Assembly (NCBI GenBank): GCA_032718475.1 | Contig: JAUCBJ010002213.1 | Location: 1 to 41,400 of the forward strand | Length of the DNA stretch: 41,400 bases | DNA from: Nemertoderma westbladi | Taxonomy: Eukaryota; Animalia; Xenacoelomorpha | Direction of reading: 5' to 3' | Shown here: positions 10,056 through 21,719 of the stretch, one piece after another | Layout: every line of letters begins with the position of its first letter | Numbering within the stretch: position 1 is the stretch's first letter | Made by a program: the position numbers and the translations under genes | The notes under the pieces: generated by a model | Databases searched by the model: none | The model's input: the letters and a program-made list of their open reading frames with translations, nothing else | What the model was told of the DNA's origin: nothing

Positions 10056-13000
10056 TTACGTTGGGGAGTCCCTAGATGTTTGTTGGATTAGGGAGGTGGT
10101 TGTGGGAAGAGTATCTTGCCTTCCATAGTTTCCGGACAGTTCTCTGTCTCTTTCCAGTAAACATAAACGACCAACTGGGCGATTGAGCTGCTGCGTCTCG
10201 AATACAATTCCAGGTTTCTTCTTCGTCCTGGAATAGTGACGATAGAAACATCGCTTCAAATACATGACGGCCTTACAAAGCCGATTCCAGGAGCTATAGT
10301 GATTTATCGCTCTCTGCAGGAGAGGTGAGAGTCCCTGCGAGACGTATGGTGTTCCAGATTTCCAGTCCCTTTCTCTAATTTCCACGACAGATTTATTTGT
10401 GGCGGGGGAGTTTAGATCCATAGCGTCGTCCCCTGAAATGTGTAGTACAGACAGATCAATCACTGGTTTAAATAACTTTGATTTACTCATCCGGGTTTTA
10501 GGTTTGACTTTCTCCGCTCCCATGGCTTGTCTAATGTCAGCCGCAGTAAGATGGGGAGGCCATTCATCTTCTTCTTTACTTAGGAAGTCGGGTCCACCTA
10601 ACCAGTCCGGAGTATCTATCAGTTCTTGAGGGGTTGCTCCTCTGGAAGCGATGTCGGCTGGATTAATCGTCCCAGGGCAATGTCTCCATTGATCTATATT
10701 AGAGTTAATATCGTCATTATCTGAGGAGTATGGTGTTCCCTCAGTTGTGGTCTCTCCCTCACTGATTTCTTCTTCCCATTCACTCACCTGATGGACTTGG
10801 TCGTTAGGTAGCCTTTCCATGAGTGTCCTACGGGAAGGTCCAGTGAAGTACCAACCTACTCTTGTTCTTCCCGCATAGGTTTGCAATGGTTGCGGTCGAG
10901 CAGGTCGTTTCTCTAATGTCTCAAGCGCCTCATGCGCATTTTGGCCGATTAATATTTGCACCCCTGGGTAGTCGGTGTTGAATCTAGGGATATTATGTTG
11001 CTGGGTAAAATCGTCTTCATCCCAGTTGTAAGGTTCTACTTGGCTGGTAGCAAAGTTCTTTATCGCCACCATTTTTACTGACCTTATGCTGTGTTCTCCT
11101 AGTTCGTCTTGGGGAGTGGACAACGCACCTACATAGTAGTCTGTAGCTACTGTAGATTTCCAAACCTGCATAATTCCTGAAAGGTTCAACTTAGTTCGGA
11201 ACTTGGGTTGTCCTGCAAAGATGTCTTCGGCTAGTTCTTTGTCGATGAATGTTCCTGTGCTGCCGGAGTCCAGGAGGGCGTTGACTATAAAACTCTTACC
11301 TGATCTGTGAACTCTTAGCTGAACTACGGGGAATTCCCGGATTCCAACGTTGGAAGTTGGTGCTTTCCAAGATGGTTGTCGGTCAGGAATAGCCGGGTGC
11401 GCTTCGTTATCGGTTTCAGTCTCATACGTAAGCGCTCGATACACCGCGGTGTTTATTAGATAACAGGATTCGTTTTCATCGGAGAATTCGTTCGTGTAGA
11501 ATCCTTCCATCTCAGAACTTTGGTCAGTGTCGTTCACATCACTGAATTGGACATGTAGTTCGGACTCACTTACCTGACTCTGGCTGTTTCTTTCAAATTC
11601 GGTGTGTAACAAGATATGATGTTTCGCGCCGCACTTAGCACACCTCGCATCGGAGTAACAGGTTCGCCGTTGGTGTCCTTGTCTGAGACAATTATAACAC
11701 AACCGCTTATCCCACATGACATCACGTCTATCTTTTAGGGATTTCTTTAAGAATTCATCACACACACTTAAACGGTGGGGCCCGTCGCACAATGCACATT
11801 TTGGTTTGATGTTACTTACTTTACCTTGGGTAATGTTGTGCACACTCGTTCTTTCCTCGGGCTTTCTTACATGAATTCTCTTAGGAGACGTAGGAGGAGT
11901 TTTTGTTACTTGTTCTCTCCTGTGACTAGTTCGAGACTTAAATTTACTTACGTCCTTAGGCGCTTTGTTGACATAGTAAGATCTTTCGGTGTCTTTCCCA
12001 TTGTTCTCCTCTTGAGAGGCCTGGCTTTCGCCGTCGTCTGTATAACACACTGGTGTTACCTTTCTTCTAGAAACGGGTTTCTCACTTACCTTATTTTCCG
12101 GTGTCTTCTCTCTGGACTGCTTTAGGAGCTGTAATTTTACCTCTCCATCCAAGAATGACATGAGATCAGCCATGGTAGGGTCTCTTCGTTGTTGTTCCAT
12201 AATATATAGAACTCTTTTGTCCCAACGAGTACCCACTCCACCCTTTGGCAAGGTAGATGATACAGCTCCAATAACCATAGAACTCTGATATTCATGAGAC
12301 TTACCTAGCCAATCTAATTGTCTACAAATCTCCTGGATCTCATCGGAAAATTCTATAATCCTGCTGCTAAGAAACTTTCGGGGCGCTACCAATTTCGCAT
12401 ACGAAAACCTAGCTATGTTATTCCTATTACCATACCTGATGTTTAGTGTATCCCAAACTTGTCTTAATCCATCTGGATGTCCAATAAACTTTAACGCCAT
12501 TAACTTGGGAGATCCTTCCAAGCACTCGATGAGGAATCTAAGTTTCTCTCCGTTAGAAAACACAGAGTTCTGTATGTTATCTTTATAATATTCATTAAAA
12601 GGTAACCATTTCATCTCATCTCCGTTGAACTTGACGATCTCTCCCACCTTTACCGCTTGACGGGCTTCGGTTCTAGCCATTTGACGCGTAAAACTTTCTT
12701 GGGCCATCGTATTATTTAATATCGAGTTATCGGTATATAAATTTCTCGGGATATTATCATGTCTATATGGAATATCATTATCAACAGGTTTATCGTCACC
12801 CTTATTTTATTATAAGGTTTATTATAGGAGTTTCTACTTCACTAGCAGTATAGATGCGTGTAGGCTCCACACCTTGCGCATGAAATATTTCAGACCTAAC
12901 AGGTTGACACATTGTTACAGGGGGTGATGGTATACCCCTTTGTATATTTACTAATTTATCGCGTTCTAACGCGATACTCTGCTGCACTTCTTGCAACTCT

Positions 13001-15167
13001 AACCTACCCTCTCTGACTGTTCCCTTTAACTGTTGAACAGTCCCTTCCATCTCCCGGACCTGCTGAGAGGAACACAAACGGTGTTCCCTCAGCTGCCCGA
13101 GCAGGAGACCCATCTCCCGCCGTCCCTCATCCACCCACTCTACCGCCGAAGTGGGAGCCGCCAACATAGTAGCGGGTAGACGAGGGACGACGGGCGATAA
13201 GTCGTTAATGTCTCGCTCGGCATCCAGGACTGGAATTGACTCTGGAACAGTCCTACTGGGTATAGGTAGTTTAGTACTGTGCAAAGGGAATTTAGAGTTA
13301 GGTTCTGGAAGTACAGGGGTCTCTATCACAGAAGGGGTGGCTTCGAGAACAGGCCTAATTATTTCAGGCTCATCTACTATAGTAGGGAGTCTTTCTACTC
13401 TAATAATTTGGTCTGTGGGTTCTGTACTACCTAAGTCTGCACTAGCTAGTTGCCTTCTCACAGCTGGGGGCAAATTAGGCAATTTCTGATGGTGAGGCGT
13501 TCTACTACGTCTGCTGGAACGAGATCTATTTCCTCCGCCTTCAGGCGCTGTTGTATCGTCTTCATCAGATGATGTAAATCCCTGTCTCTTGGGAGTAGAT
13601 CGACTTATCATCTGCATATACTTAGCTGTTCTTTGTTTATTGAAGTAATCTTGCTTCTCTTGAAGATTTTCCAACTCTAGTTGGACTGTCTCTTCAGATG
13701 CCCTCCGTTCTGCTGCTGCCACTGCCTCTGCCGCTTTTCTTTCCGCTTCTGCCGCTGCTACCTTTCTTTCAGCTTCTGCCTCTGCCGCTGCCGTTGCCGC
13801 TGCCGCTTTTCTTTCCGCTTCTGCCGCTGCCGCTGCTGCTGCCTCTGCCGCTGCCGCTGCCTCTGCCGCTGCCGCTGCCACTTTTCTTTCAGCCTCTGCC
13901 TCTGCCGCTGCCGCTTTTCTTTCAGCTTCTGCCGCTGCTGCTGCAGCTGCCGCCTTTCTTTGAACTTCTGCCGCTGCCGCTGCTGCTACCTTTCTGTCTT
14001 CTATCCGTTTTTTCTTTAATTGTTCTTCCTGTTCCCTAGCGAGGAGGATGCTTTCATCAAATTTAGCCTGCTCTGCGGCTAACATTTCCGCATCTAATGC
14101 GTCTAACACAAATTTGGCTCCTTCACTAGTAGGGTGAAGTCCAGCCAGCCGTCTCATCAACTCTTTGTCACCTATAAATCGTTGATAGTCCGACAGATAG
14201 ATGTCAATAGCGTCCTTCTTCTGAGGTTTCTCCAATGTCGCTTCGCTTTCCACTTGAGAAAAGGTAGCGTCTGTTGATTCTCCGTGGGTTGAGTGCTCAG
14301 TTAGCTGAATTTTTCATTGGGATGTTCCTTGAACTTTAAGGCTCACCCGTTGGAACCAAGTCTTTACGGCAACTTGCAACAACGTGTCTTGGCTTCTTTT
14401 CGAGGCTTCCTCAAAGGCCGATAGGATTAGTCTGATTCTTAGGATACGTTCTCGAACTTGATAAAGCAGCTCTCCCTGCTCTTGAGGTCCTTGGGGTTGT
14501 TGAAACAGTTGTTCCTCTAATCGCTCCAAAGAGCTGAAGAATCCCTGTACATATCCTGCTGCCGACCTCTTCCACACAGCTGGATCTCTAGTGTCCTTTA
14601 CTACTCCCATCCTGTATAAGTCCTCCCAGGCAGCTTCCGATAAGTTAAAAGGGAGTCCGGGTCCGGGGAAGTTCCATTGCGTCTCGACAATAGACTTCAG
14701 TTCCTCTTTGTGTATCCCGCATAACTGTCCTTGGTCGATCGCTTACTTCTCGCCCAATCAATTTGATGTTCCTCCACCGCAATCAATACTCTAGTGAGTA
14801 CGGCCTCAGGAAGAATGAGAAGTGGATCCGAATAAACTGCATCTGCCATCTTTGCTCCGCGCTCGGGTGGCAACTCTACAGTATCTGAACTACTGGAGCT
14901 ATCGGGCCGCTGAGAAATAAGTTCTCGGTTCGAGTGTTGCTGCTGTTTAACAGCTGCCTCTTGGTCCCGCTTGACTTGAGCCCGAGTGCCTATGATAGAC
15001 CTACGGTGCTTTACTAGCCTAGGGTCTGATACTACTACTGAAGGGATGACTTTTCTTACAGTAGGAGGGGATTTGAATTTCGGTCTCAAGCGTTCGGTAC
15101 TCCTGTCGGAGTCGCATACTGTTCTTTCTAGGAGACTATCTGACAGAGTTTGCTTTTTGTCAGCCAT
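10056..15167 (-). mobile_element. BEL/Pao LTR-retrotransposon derivative: long gag-protease ORF (~1700 codons when joined) lacking RT, most of RNase H and the integrase core
   Basis: BEL-type gag (KFNGDEMKW...EKLRFLIECLEG...WDTLNIRYG), three zinc knuckles (CALCDGPH, CYNCLRQGH, CAKCGAKHHILLH), protease ALLDSGS, RNase H tail WRHCPGTINPADIASRG...WLGGPDFL, YSSWNRL, and pol C-terminal RPVGRLCLLE. Upstream ORFs 14697..15167, 14314..14610 and 12802..14253 join via a frameshift near 14740, an in-frame TGA at 14314-14316 and a frameshift in an A-run near 12806. Confidence 0.9.
13700..13990 (-). repeat. Coding low-complexity repeat (AAAAEAERK-like units) in the gag N-terminal extension
   Basis: GCGGCA/GAGGCA codon repeats translate as poly-Ala runs punctuated by EAERK. 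Confidence 0.9.
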
Positions 15168-15223
15168 GTTTGATTGTACAGTTGAATGCCTACTACTATA
15201 ATGACAGTTAAAACAAGTCTAGT

Positions 15224-15648
15224 CTCGCCTAGCGCGTAATGACCCCCTTCCGCTCCAAATGCCCCACCCCAACTGCAAATAATTTTAAGATAAGATTCAG
15301 AATTAAGATACTAAATAAGCTGACAGTTCAGCAGTTAACGGTAATGGTAGGGCTGCGAATTAATATCCCGCCTCAATGTTAAAGTCTCAATTTAGGGAAA
15401 AGAGCATGTTACAGTGGCACGTTATTATAACCAAAACAATAAACTAAGCACAATAGAACAATATAACAGTTTTATTTTTGAGAATAATCAGTTGTTATTT
15501 GCGTCGAATTTTCCCTGGAAAGGGATGAGTTTTTATTGCGTCCAGTCCCCCACCCCCTATATGGGCATTCGTGGGCTATCTTGTCTAATTAAATTAAAAT
15601 CGAACCTTGCTCTTAATTCAATTCAAGTTAAGAGCCAGACTTCAGACT
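15224..15648 (+). repeat. ~424-bp direct duplicate of 4282-4705
   Basis: Near-identical from ctcgcctagcgcgta to gagccagacttcagact, with scattered substitutions and small indels. ORF translations at 4582 and 15414 share FYCVQSPTPYMGIRGLSC...IQVKSQTSD. Confidence 0.95.
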
Positions 15649-15890
15649 TGGTCTCGAATTGGAATCGATTTAATAGGGCCGCTACCATTGACGCTTAAGG
15701 GAAATGCGTATATAATGACATGTACATACTATACTTTACTAAATGGCCCGAAGCCAAGGCTCTTCCTGGAAAAGATTCGCGTTGCGGAATTTCTGTACGA
15801 ATTGTTGACTCGCTACGGGGTGGCGGAGATCGTGATGTCAGATCAGGAAAGTGAGTTCGTGGCAGAAGTTAATGAGCAGCTATTTAAGTA
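15585..15890 (+). pseudogene. Gypsy/Ginger (GIN-like) integrase fragment, frameshifted and truncated
   Basis: WSRIGIDLIGPLP..KGNAYI, YFTKWPEAKALP (alternate frame) and VAEFLYELLTRYG..IVMSDQESEF cover the first two catalytic Asp motifs of an rve integrase. Confidence 0.85.
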
Positions 15891-16494
15891 TATTTACATT
15901 AATACCACCCATTGTACATTGTTATGTATCATTGTACAGTATATTGTTTATGGTATTCTGGTATACTTATGATATGTAATAAATATAGGCCTAATGTAAT
16001 GTGTAATGAATTTACAATTGAATCCCTTATTTCAAACCATAAAATCACCGGGGTGGGGGGGGGGGGGGGGGGCATTCTGTACCATTCTTGTCCCATTTGC
16101 AATCTCCTTTGCCCTTTCCATTGCCTAACATATTTAAATAGCTCATTATGAAAATAACAAATAATTGTACACATGGTGTAGGTTAGCACAACAGTACCGT
16201 TACGGGTACAGTATATTGGCAACAGTGTGATTGGCTGATAACATTCAGACATACATTGGGAGTTGGCAAACATTTACATTACAATCTGGAACAATAAAAT
16301 AAAATGAGCGACATTGCCTGTCAATAGGGCGATCCGTCAATCTGTCAATTAAATATAATACCTTATCACTACCATAGCACATACACTAAAATTATGTAGA
16401 ATTCCAAATTCCCACAAAGTAAGTACCGGTACCGGTATTTAATTCTGTAATTATATTGATTTTTACTTGGAACACTGCAGTATTACTACAGTGG

Positions 16495-19400
16495 CTGATT
16501 GTTGCCGGCAATTTTCCGCTTTTATTAAATAAAAAAAAATTAATATTGTATTTCAACTAGCAATCTCATCTCCTTAGAAGCCCATAATGCATTTTAAAGG
16601 AGAATTGTTATTCAGAAAATAATAATCATTTTTTAAAATTAATTTACGTGCAAAAAATAGGGAGATTCTAATTAATAAATGAATTACTATTTAAGTTTTT
16701 ACATGCATACATACATACCGGTACATACATTTTAAAGTAAATTTATACATTAAGTCTTCTGCATCCATACCGGTATTTTATTTGTTCTGCCTTTGAAACT
16801 GTAAGCGCAGAAGCGTATTTCCGGGATGGCTCCAGCCAGACCATCCCCCTGACTGTGAAGAGTGCACGATACTACATTGCCACCATGTTGGAAACGATAT
16901 ACTTGCATACATTAGCACTGCCCATGCCAGCGTCAGAGGCATCGAAATGCTCGAATACCAGGGCTTCAATGAGTTGGATCCGGCACCGGTATTTATACCA
17001 GTCAGCCAGTGGATCTAGCGGTGATCCCTCCGTTTGCAACAACAGATTCAGATATTCTGTTTTTGTTGAATATGGTTCAAGGACTTCAGTAGCGTATTGC
17101 GGTACTGCAGTACTGGAATTCCAGACGGTTCAGGGTGCCGTACCCACGCATGATTCTTCTGCAGTTAAGTCTGCAGAAAAAGACGCTAGCCTAGAACTCT
17201 GGAACTACCCTCCCAGGCAGCAAAAGTGAGGGACACGAGGCCAAAGCGAAAGGTACACCATAAGAAGAACACTACTGGTACAGTACTGCAGTATCCATTC
17301 CGCTTCTTGTGGATGATCAATTGTGGACAATCAATAACTCAGCGTTCTTACGCAAAGTCGGTAACGGAGGGGGCGATGTAATCGATCCATGGTTCTGTAC
17401 CACAGTATGTTTTGTGGAGTTCGGACAATAATGCTGCTTTTGCAACCGTCGCACCAATAAAGAAACTGTTTCTAACAGGTTGTGCACCAGAGGTAGGCCT
17501 ATCGAAGGATGACATCATTAAATATGTTAAGGATTCATTTAAGTTTGATATACGCTGTGTAGCGATCGGGAAGGAGGCAACGAGGTTCAAGTCGTTTCTG
17601 CTGACATGTAAAGGTGATGAACAGGACACTCTGATGAAAGGGGAAAGCTGGCCGAAATTCTGTCGCATTCGTCCATTCATTGAGAATAATTCATTCCCGG
17701 TACTTATGTTAACAGGCCAAGGGCTAGTAATGAAGCAGGTGAGTCTGACAAGAGCTGAAGAGGGTCACAGGACTGACTGAAAGAAATGCAGTAAATGTAC
17801 CGGAACAGGTAACTGCTTAATAGATGATTGTCTTTGCTTTGTTTTTTTTTCTGATTTGATATATTTTTTTTTCTTTTGTAAATTGTTTTTATTAGTTTTT
17901 TTACAGTATTTTTATAAACTTTATAATGGCTACTGATATCTTAATCTTAGGCTGTTCCATCATATCTTACAACTGTAATTCTGTCAGTACACCTCAATCC
18001 TTGTGTGCTATTCGTGAAATATGTGATGCTTTTTATGATATAATATTTTTACAGGAGCATATGCTTCCTGCTCAGGATCTCTCTTTTTTGGCATCTATTG
18101 ATGACAGATATTTAGTCAGAGGAATCTCCTCTGTTAATTATGAAGAAAGGTTTCTTGTAGGTCGCCCATTTGGGGGGCTGGCAATTTTATATAAGAAATC
18201 ACTAGCTGCAGCTATTGAATGTATTACCTTTGACGATAATAGAATAATGGGTGCTAAGTTAAAATTTGATGACGGTAGATATGTCTTACAATTAAATGTG
18301 TACCTACCGTACCAGTGTTCTGACAATAAAGCTGAATTTTTGGATTATCTTGGCCGCATCAATGCCATAGTGGACTGCGCGGAGACACCATTGTGCTTCA
18401 TTATTGGAGACTTTAACTCCTCCTTAAATACAAGTTTTTTTGAATATCTAACAGATTGGTGCAATGAATTTAATGTACATTTGTGTGATGTAGATAATCT
18501 TCCATCAGATACTTACGTTTGTTAGTGCAGCACATGGCTCAACCTCCTGGTTAGACCATGCTGTCTGGGTGTCTGCACTGGCAGTTTGGTGCCTTTTATT
18601 TCATGTTTTAAAGAGCACTACAGTTTATCTATATCGGACCATTTTCCAATTTCCTCCAGTATTCGTTTTCCGGGAAATTTAAAAGCAAATAGCGACATAG
18701 GTGAGGCCAGTGATAGAGTACCTCGACCTACGCTTAAATGGTCTAATATTGAGTGTCATGAATGACATTACAATTCCGGTTAAAGCTTTTGCCTGTCGTG
18801 ATTGTCAATGCCAGCAGCATTATAATGAAATAAATATTTATTATGGTTGCATAATAGCTGCCTGTAACCAGGCTGCAAGTGAGACGATACCAAGACGGAA
18901 ATTTGATAATTGTAAAAATAAAGCTATACCCCCCCGCCTGGATGGAATGATTTTCTCAAAGAAAGATATAATTATTCTATATTAATGTTTAGTATTTGGC
19001 GTGAAAATAACTGCGCTCGTAGTGGTGCAATATTTAGTGATTATGTTAGAGCTAGGTTAGATTTTAAAAGGTGCATGAAAGAATGCAGACGTAACGTTGC
19101 TCAATTACGTAGTGATAAATTGGCAGAGTCCGTATTTTCCACAAATCAACGCGATTTTTGGGCAAATGTTCCAAAGCATTCTGGGGTTCGCACTCCCATC
19201 TCCAATAAGGTTGGAGAAGCTGTTGGAGACAAGAACGTATGTGATATGTTTAAGAATAAATTCGCTGCATTATTTAATCAGGATCAGAATGAAGTAACCA
19301 ATAAATATAAAGACTACATTGAGGGTTTATTTAGGGGTATAAAGTTCAGTGCGGAAATGCTTGTTAGTCTTACTGAGGTTGCTCTAGCAGCAGCTCGGCT

Positions 19401-20848
19401 GGTGCCTGGCAAAGCTACTACTATGGCCCAGATGGGTTAGCGGCAGAACATTTCCTGAACGGTACTAAATTACTGTATGTGCATTTAGCTAATTGGTGCT
19501 CAATGTGTGTAACATTCACGGCATACTGCCCTCTGATAGTATTGCGTGTAACCTAACCTAATAACACTTCTTAAACACAAGAACGAAGATATTACAAGTT
19601 CAGATAATTATAGAGGTATCGCCATAGCAACAATTTCAAGCAAAATTATAGAACTATTATACGTTGAACGGTTTGGTACGAAACTAAGTACTAGTGATGC
19701 TCAGTTCGGCTTTAAGAAGGGCTTAGGTACCGACTTATGTATACAGTTATAAGGAAATTGTGCAACATTATCTAGATAATGACAGTTCTGTTTACGTTTG
19801 TTTTATCGATTCATCGAAAGCATTCGATTTGGTAAACCATTATGTTATATCAGAAGTTAGTTGATAGGAACATACCACTATTTTATATTAGGGTTCTTAG
19901 CTATTGGTATAGATCACAACAACTGTGTGTCCATTGGGGTGGTTGTGTTTCGAATAAATTCAATGTTACGAATGGTACTAAACAAGGCGGAATTTGTTAC
20001 ATTGTTTCTACCGTAGGGCGAACACCATAATTAGGAAATTTGCAAGTTTTTCGGTATATGTCAAAACAAAGTTATTCCGCTCCTTTTGTACTCAGTTATA
20101 TTGTAGTAGCTTATGGTCTAGGTTGAATTATTCTATCGTGGTTTATAATAACATTAAGGTAGCGTATAATAATGCTGCCAGGCGCTTTTTTGGTTTTCCA
20201 TATGATTGTAGTGTTTCGCTTATGTTTGGTACTATTGGTTTACCCAAATTTATTCACATCAGAGTAAGTGCAATAGAGTCATTATTTAGTTGCATCGACC
20301 AGTGCAATAACTTGTTGCAACTGTTATAGTATAGGCTGTCAATTATTTCAGTTATTTTGCTTTTAATGTAATATATGTAATTATTCTGTCTATGGATTTA
20401 GTTCTACAATAAATAAAATAATAATAACATCCAAAAAAAAAGAGAAATGCTAAATTCATAAATTAGTTACTATTTTAGGTTTTTTTCATGCAAATCAAGA
20501 TACTGTAAATTGTAAATGCCTGTTGCTTCAGAACCTACTGGGTTAAGTGTTAACGCAGGCTAACTACATCCATGCTAATCCTTATTTATGAATTAGTATT
20601 TCTCTTTTTTTTCCACGTAAAAAAACTTAAAATAGTAGCCTAATTAATTTATGAATTAGTATTTCTTTGGTGGTCATTTGGGTGTCTTTTCTATGGTGTA
20701 GTAAAAAACTAAATATAGTACAGAAATTAATCATTATGAATTATTTCTGAATTATAATTTCTCTCTTAAAATAAATGTGGAGATTGCTGGTTGAATTACA
20801 ATTTTATATTTTTTTGATATAATAAATACAGAAAATTGTCCGCAATCA
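16495..20848. mobile_element. Non-autonomous TIR element (arms ~16495-16700 and ~20570-20848) interrupted by a LINE
   Basis: The reverse complement of 20760-20848 (caattttctgtatttatta...attgtaattcaaccagcaatctc...attcagaaataa) matches 16495-16625 (caattttccgcttttatta...attgtatttcaactagcaatctc...attcagaaaataa). Confidence 0.65.
16780..20428 (+). mobile_element. Decayed non-LTR retrotransposon of the CR1/L2 group (ORF1 remnant, APE endonuclease, RT with internal deletion, AAT-rich tail)
   Basis: ORF1 tail KKLFLTG...FKSF...WPKFCRIRPF (17412-17780). Endonuclease SYNC, IFLQEH, GRPFGG, NVYLP, IIGDFNS, SWLDH, SDHFP (17926-18650). RT motifs NYRGI, QFGFKKG, FIDSSKAFD, GTKQGGI, then a jump to the C-terminal KLFRSFC..LYCSSLW. 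Tail aataaataaaataataataa. The 5' boundary is approximate. Confidence 0.88.
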
Positions 20849-20856
20849 TAATAATA

Positions 20857-21133
20857 GGCCTATAAAGTAATTATAATTAATAAAATAATACAATTTGTTG
20901 GGCATCTCTAAACAAATAATAATAATACATAGAAACTAAATAACGCCACCTGATAACAAACGACAACAAAAGGACATAACGAAAGGAACTACGTAATTTA
21001 TAAACACAAAAAATATAGAAAACAATTCATGAAAGTAACAGATAATTGAAAAACTAATACCAAAAATAGATTCTCCATAATTTTTTACCCCAGAATGTGT
21101 ATGTTTATCATTCAAACTGGTTACCTCTGTAAC
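20857..21133 (+). repeat. Dispersed repeat, copy 2 (see 3870-4143)
   Basis: Collinear shared blocks with 3870-4143, ending in ctggttacc..tgt.aca. Confidence 0.8.
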
Positions 21134-21370
21134 ATAAACAACATGGCCTTCGCTAGCCAAGTCTGGATTTACTGTATGCCAGTCCTTGCTTCAGTAGTCC
21201 TTGTCGTACGGCCATGGATGAGGGTGCGTATACCTTGATCCCACGGCCGCCGAACGATGTTGCCGTGAGCCGTACGTTTGTCGTACGGCCGAGTATAAAT
21301 AGCCCTTTACACTTGTCAGGAAATTGGTGTTAGGCCACCTACATACATAATCTATAAATATTCTAGACAT

Positions 21371-21545
21371 GGGGGAAATTTGACGCAAATCCCATTTGAG
21401 ATAATATCTCATGTTAAATTATCAATTTAGGGAAAGAAGTATGTAGGTTACAGTGGCACGTTATTCTAACAAAATAATAAATTGAAGGCAATAGAACAGG
21501 TTACAGTTTTATTTTTGGAAGTAAACGGCTGATATTTGTATCACA
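21371..21545 (+). mobile_element. MITE family copy (related to 4420-4610, 15360-15555 and 32290-32660)
   Basis: Shared core tcaatttagggaaa...gttacagtggcac...aacaggttacagttttatttttg, with a gacgcaa terminal motif. Confidence 0.7.
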
Positions 21546-21719
21546 TTGTATTACATTGAAAGATATCTGATATAATATTATTTAGATAGAAGTGTATTAT
21601 AAATAATTGTACAAATAAAAAAAACTACTTATTAATATCTTCGTTATTTACCATAATTTTACTGTTATATTCTCCATTCTTGTACCGACAGTAGAGGATA
21701 TACTGTTAATGCCATTATT

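Noticed and set aside
13681-14039. Cys/Arg-rich and Leu/Pro-rich plus-strand ORFs
   Set aside because: These are antisense shadows of the Ala-rich codon repeat in the gag extension.
14314-14316. Programmed stop read-through in the gag extension
   Set aside because: It is a single in-frame TGA among other disruptions with no recognisable read-through context, so a point mutation is simpler.
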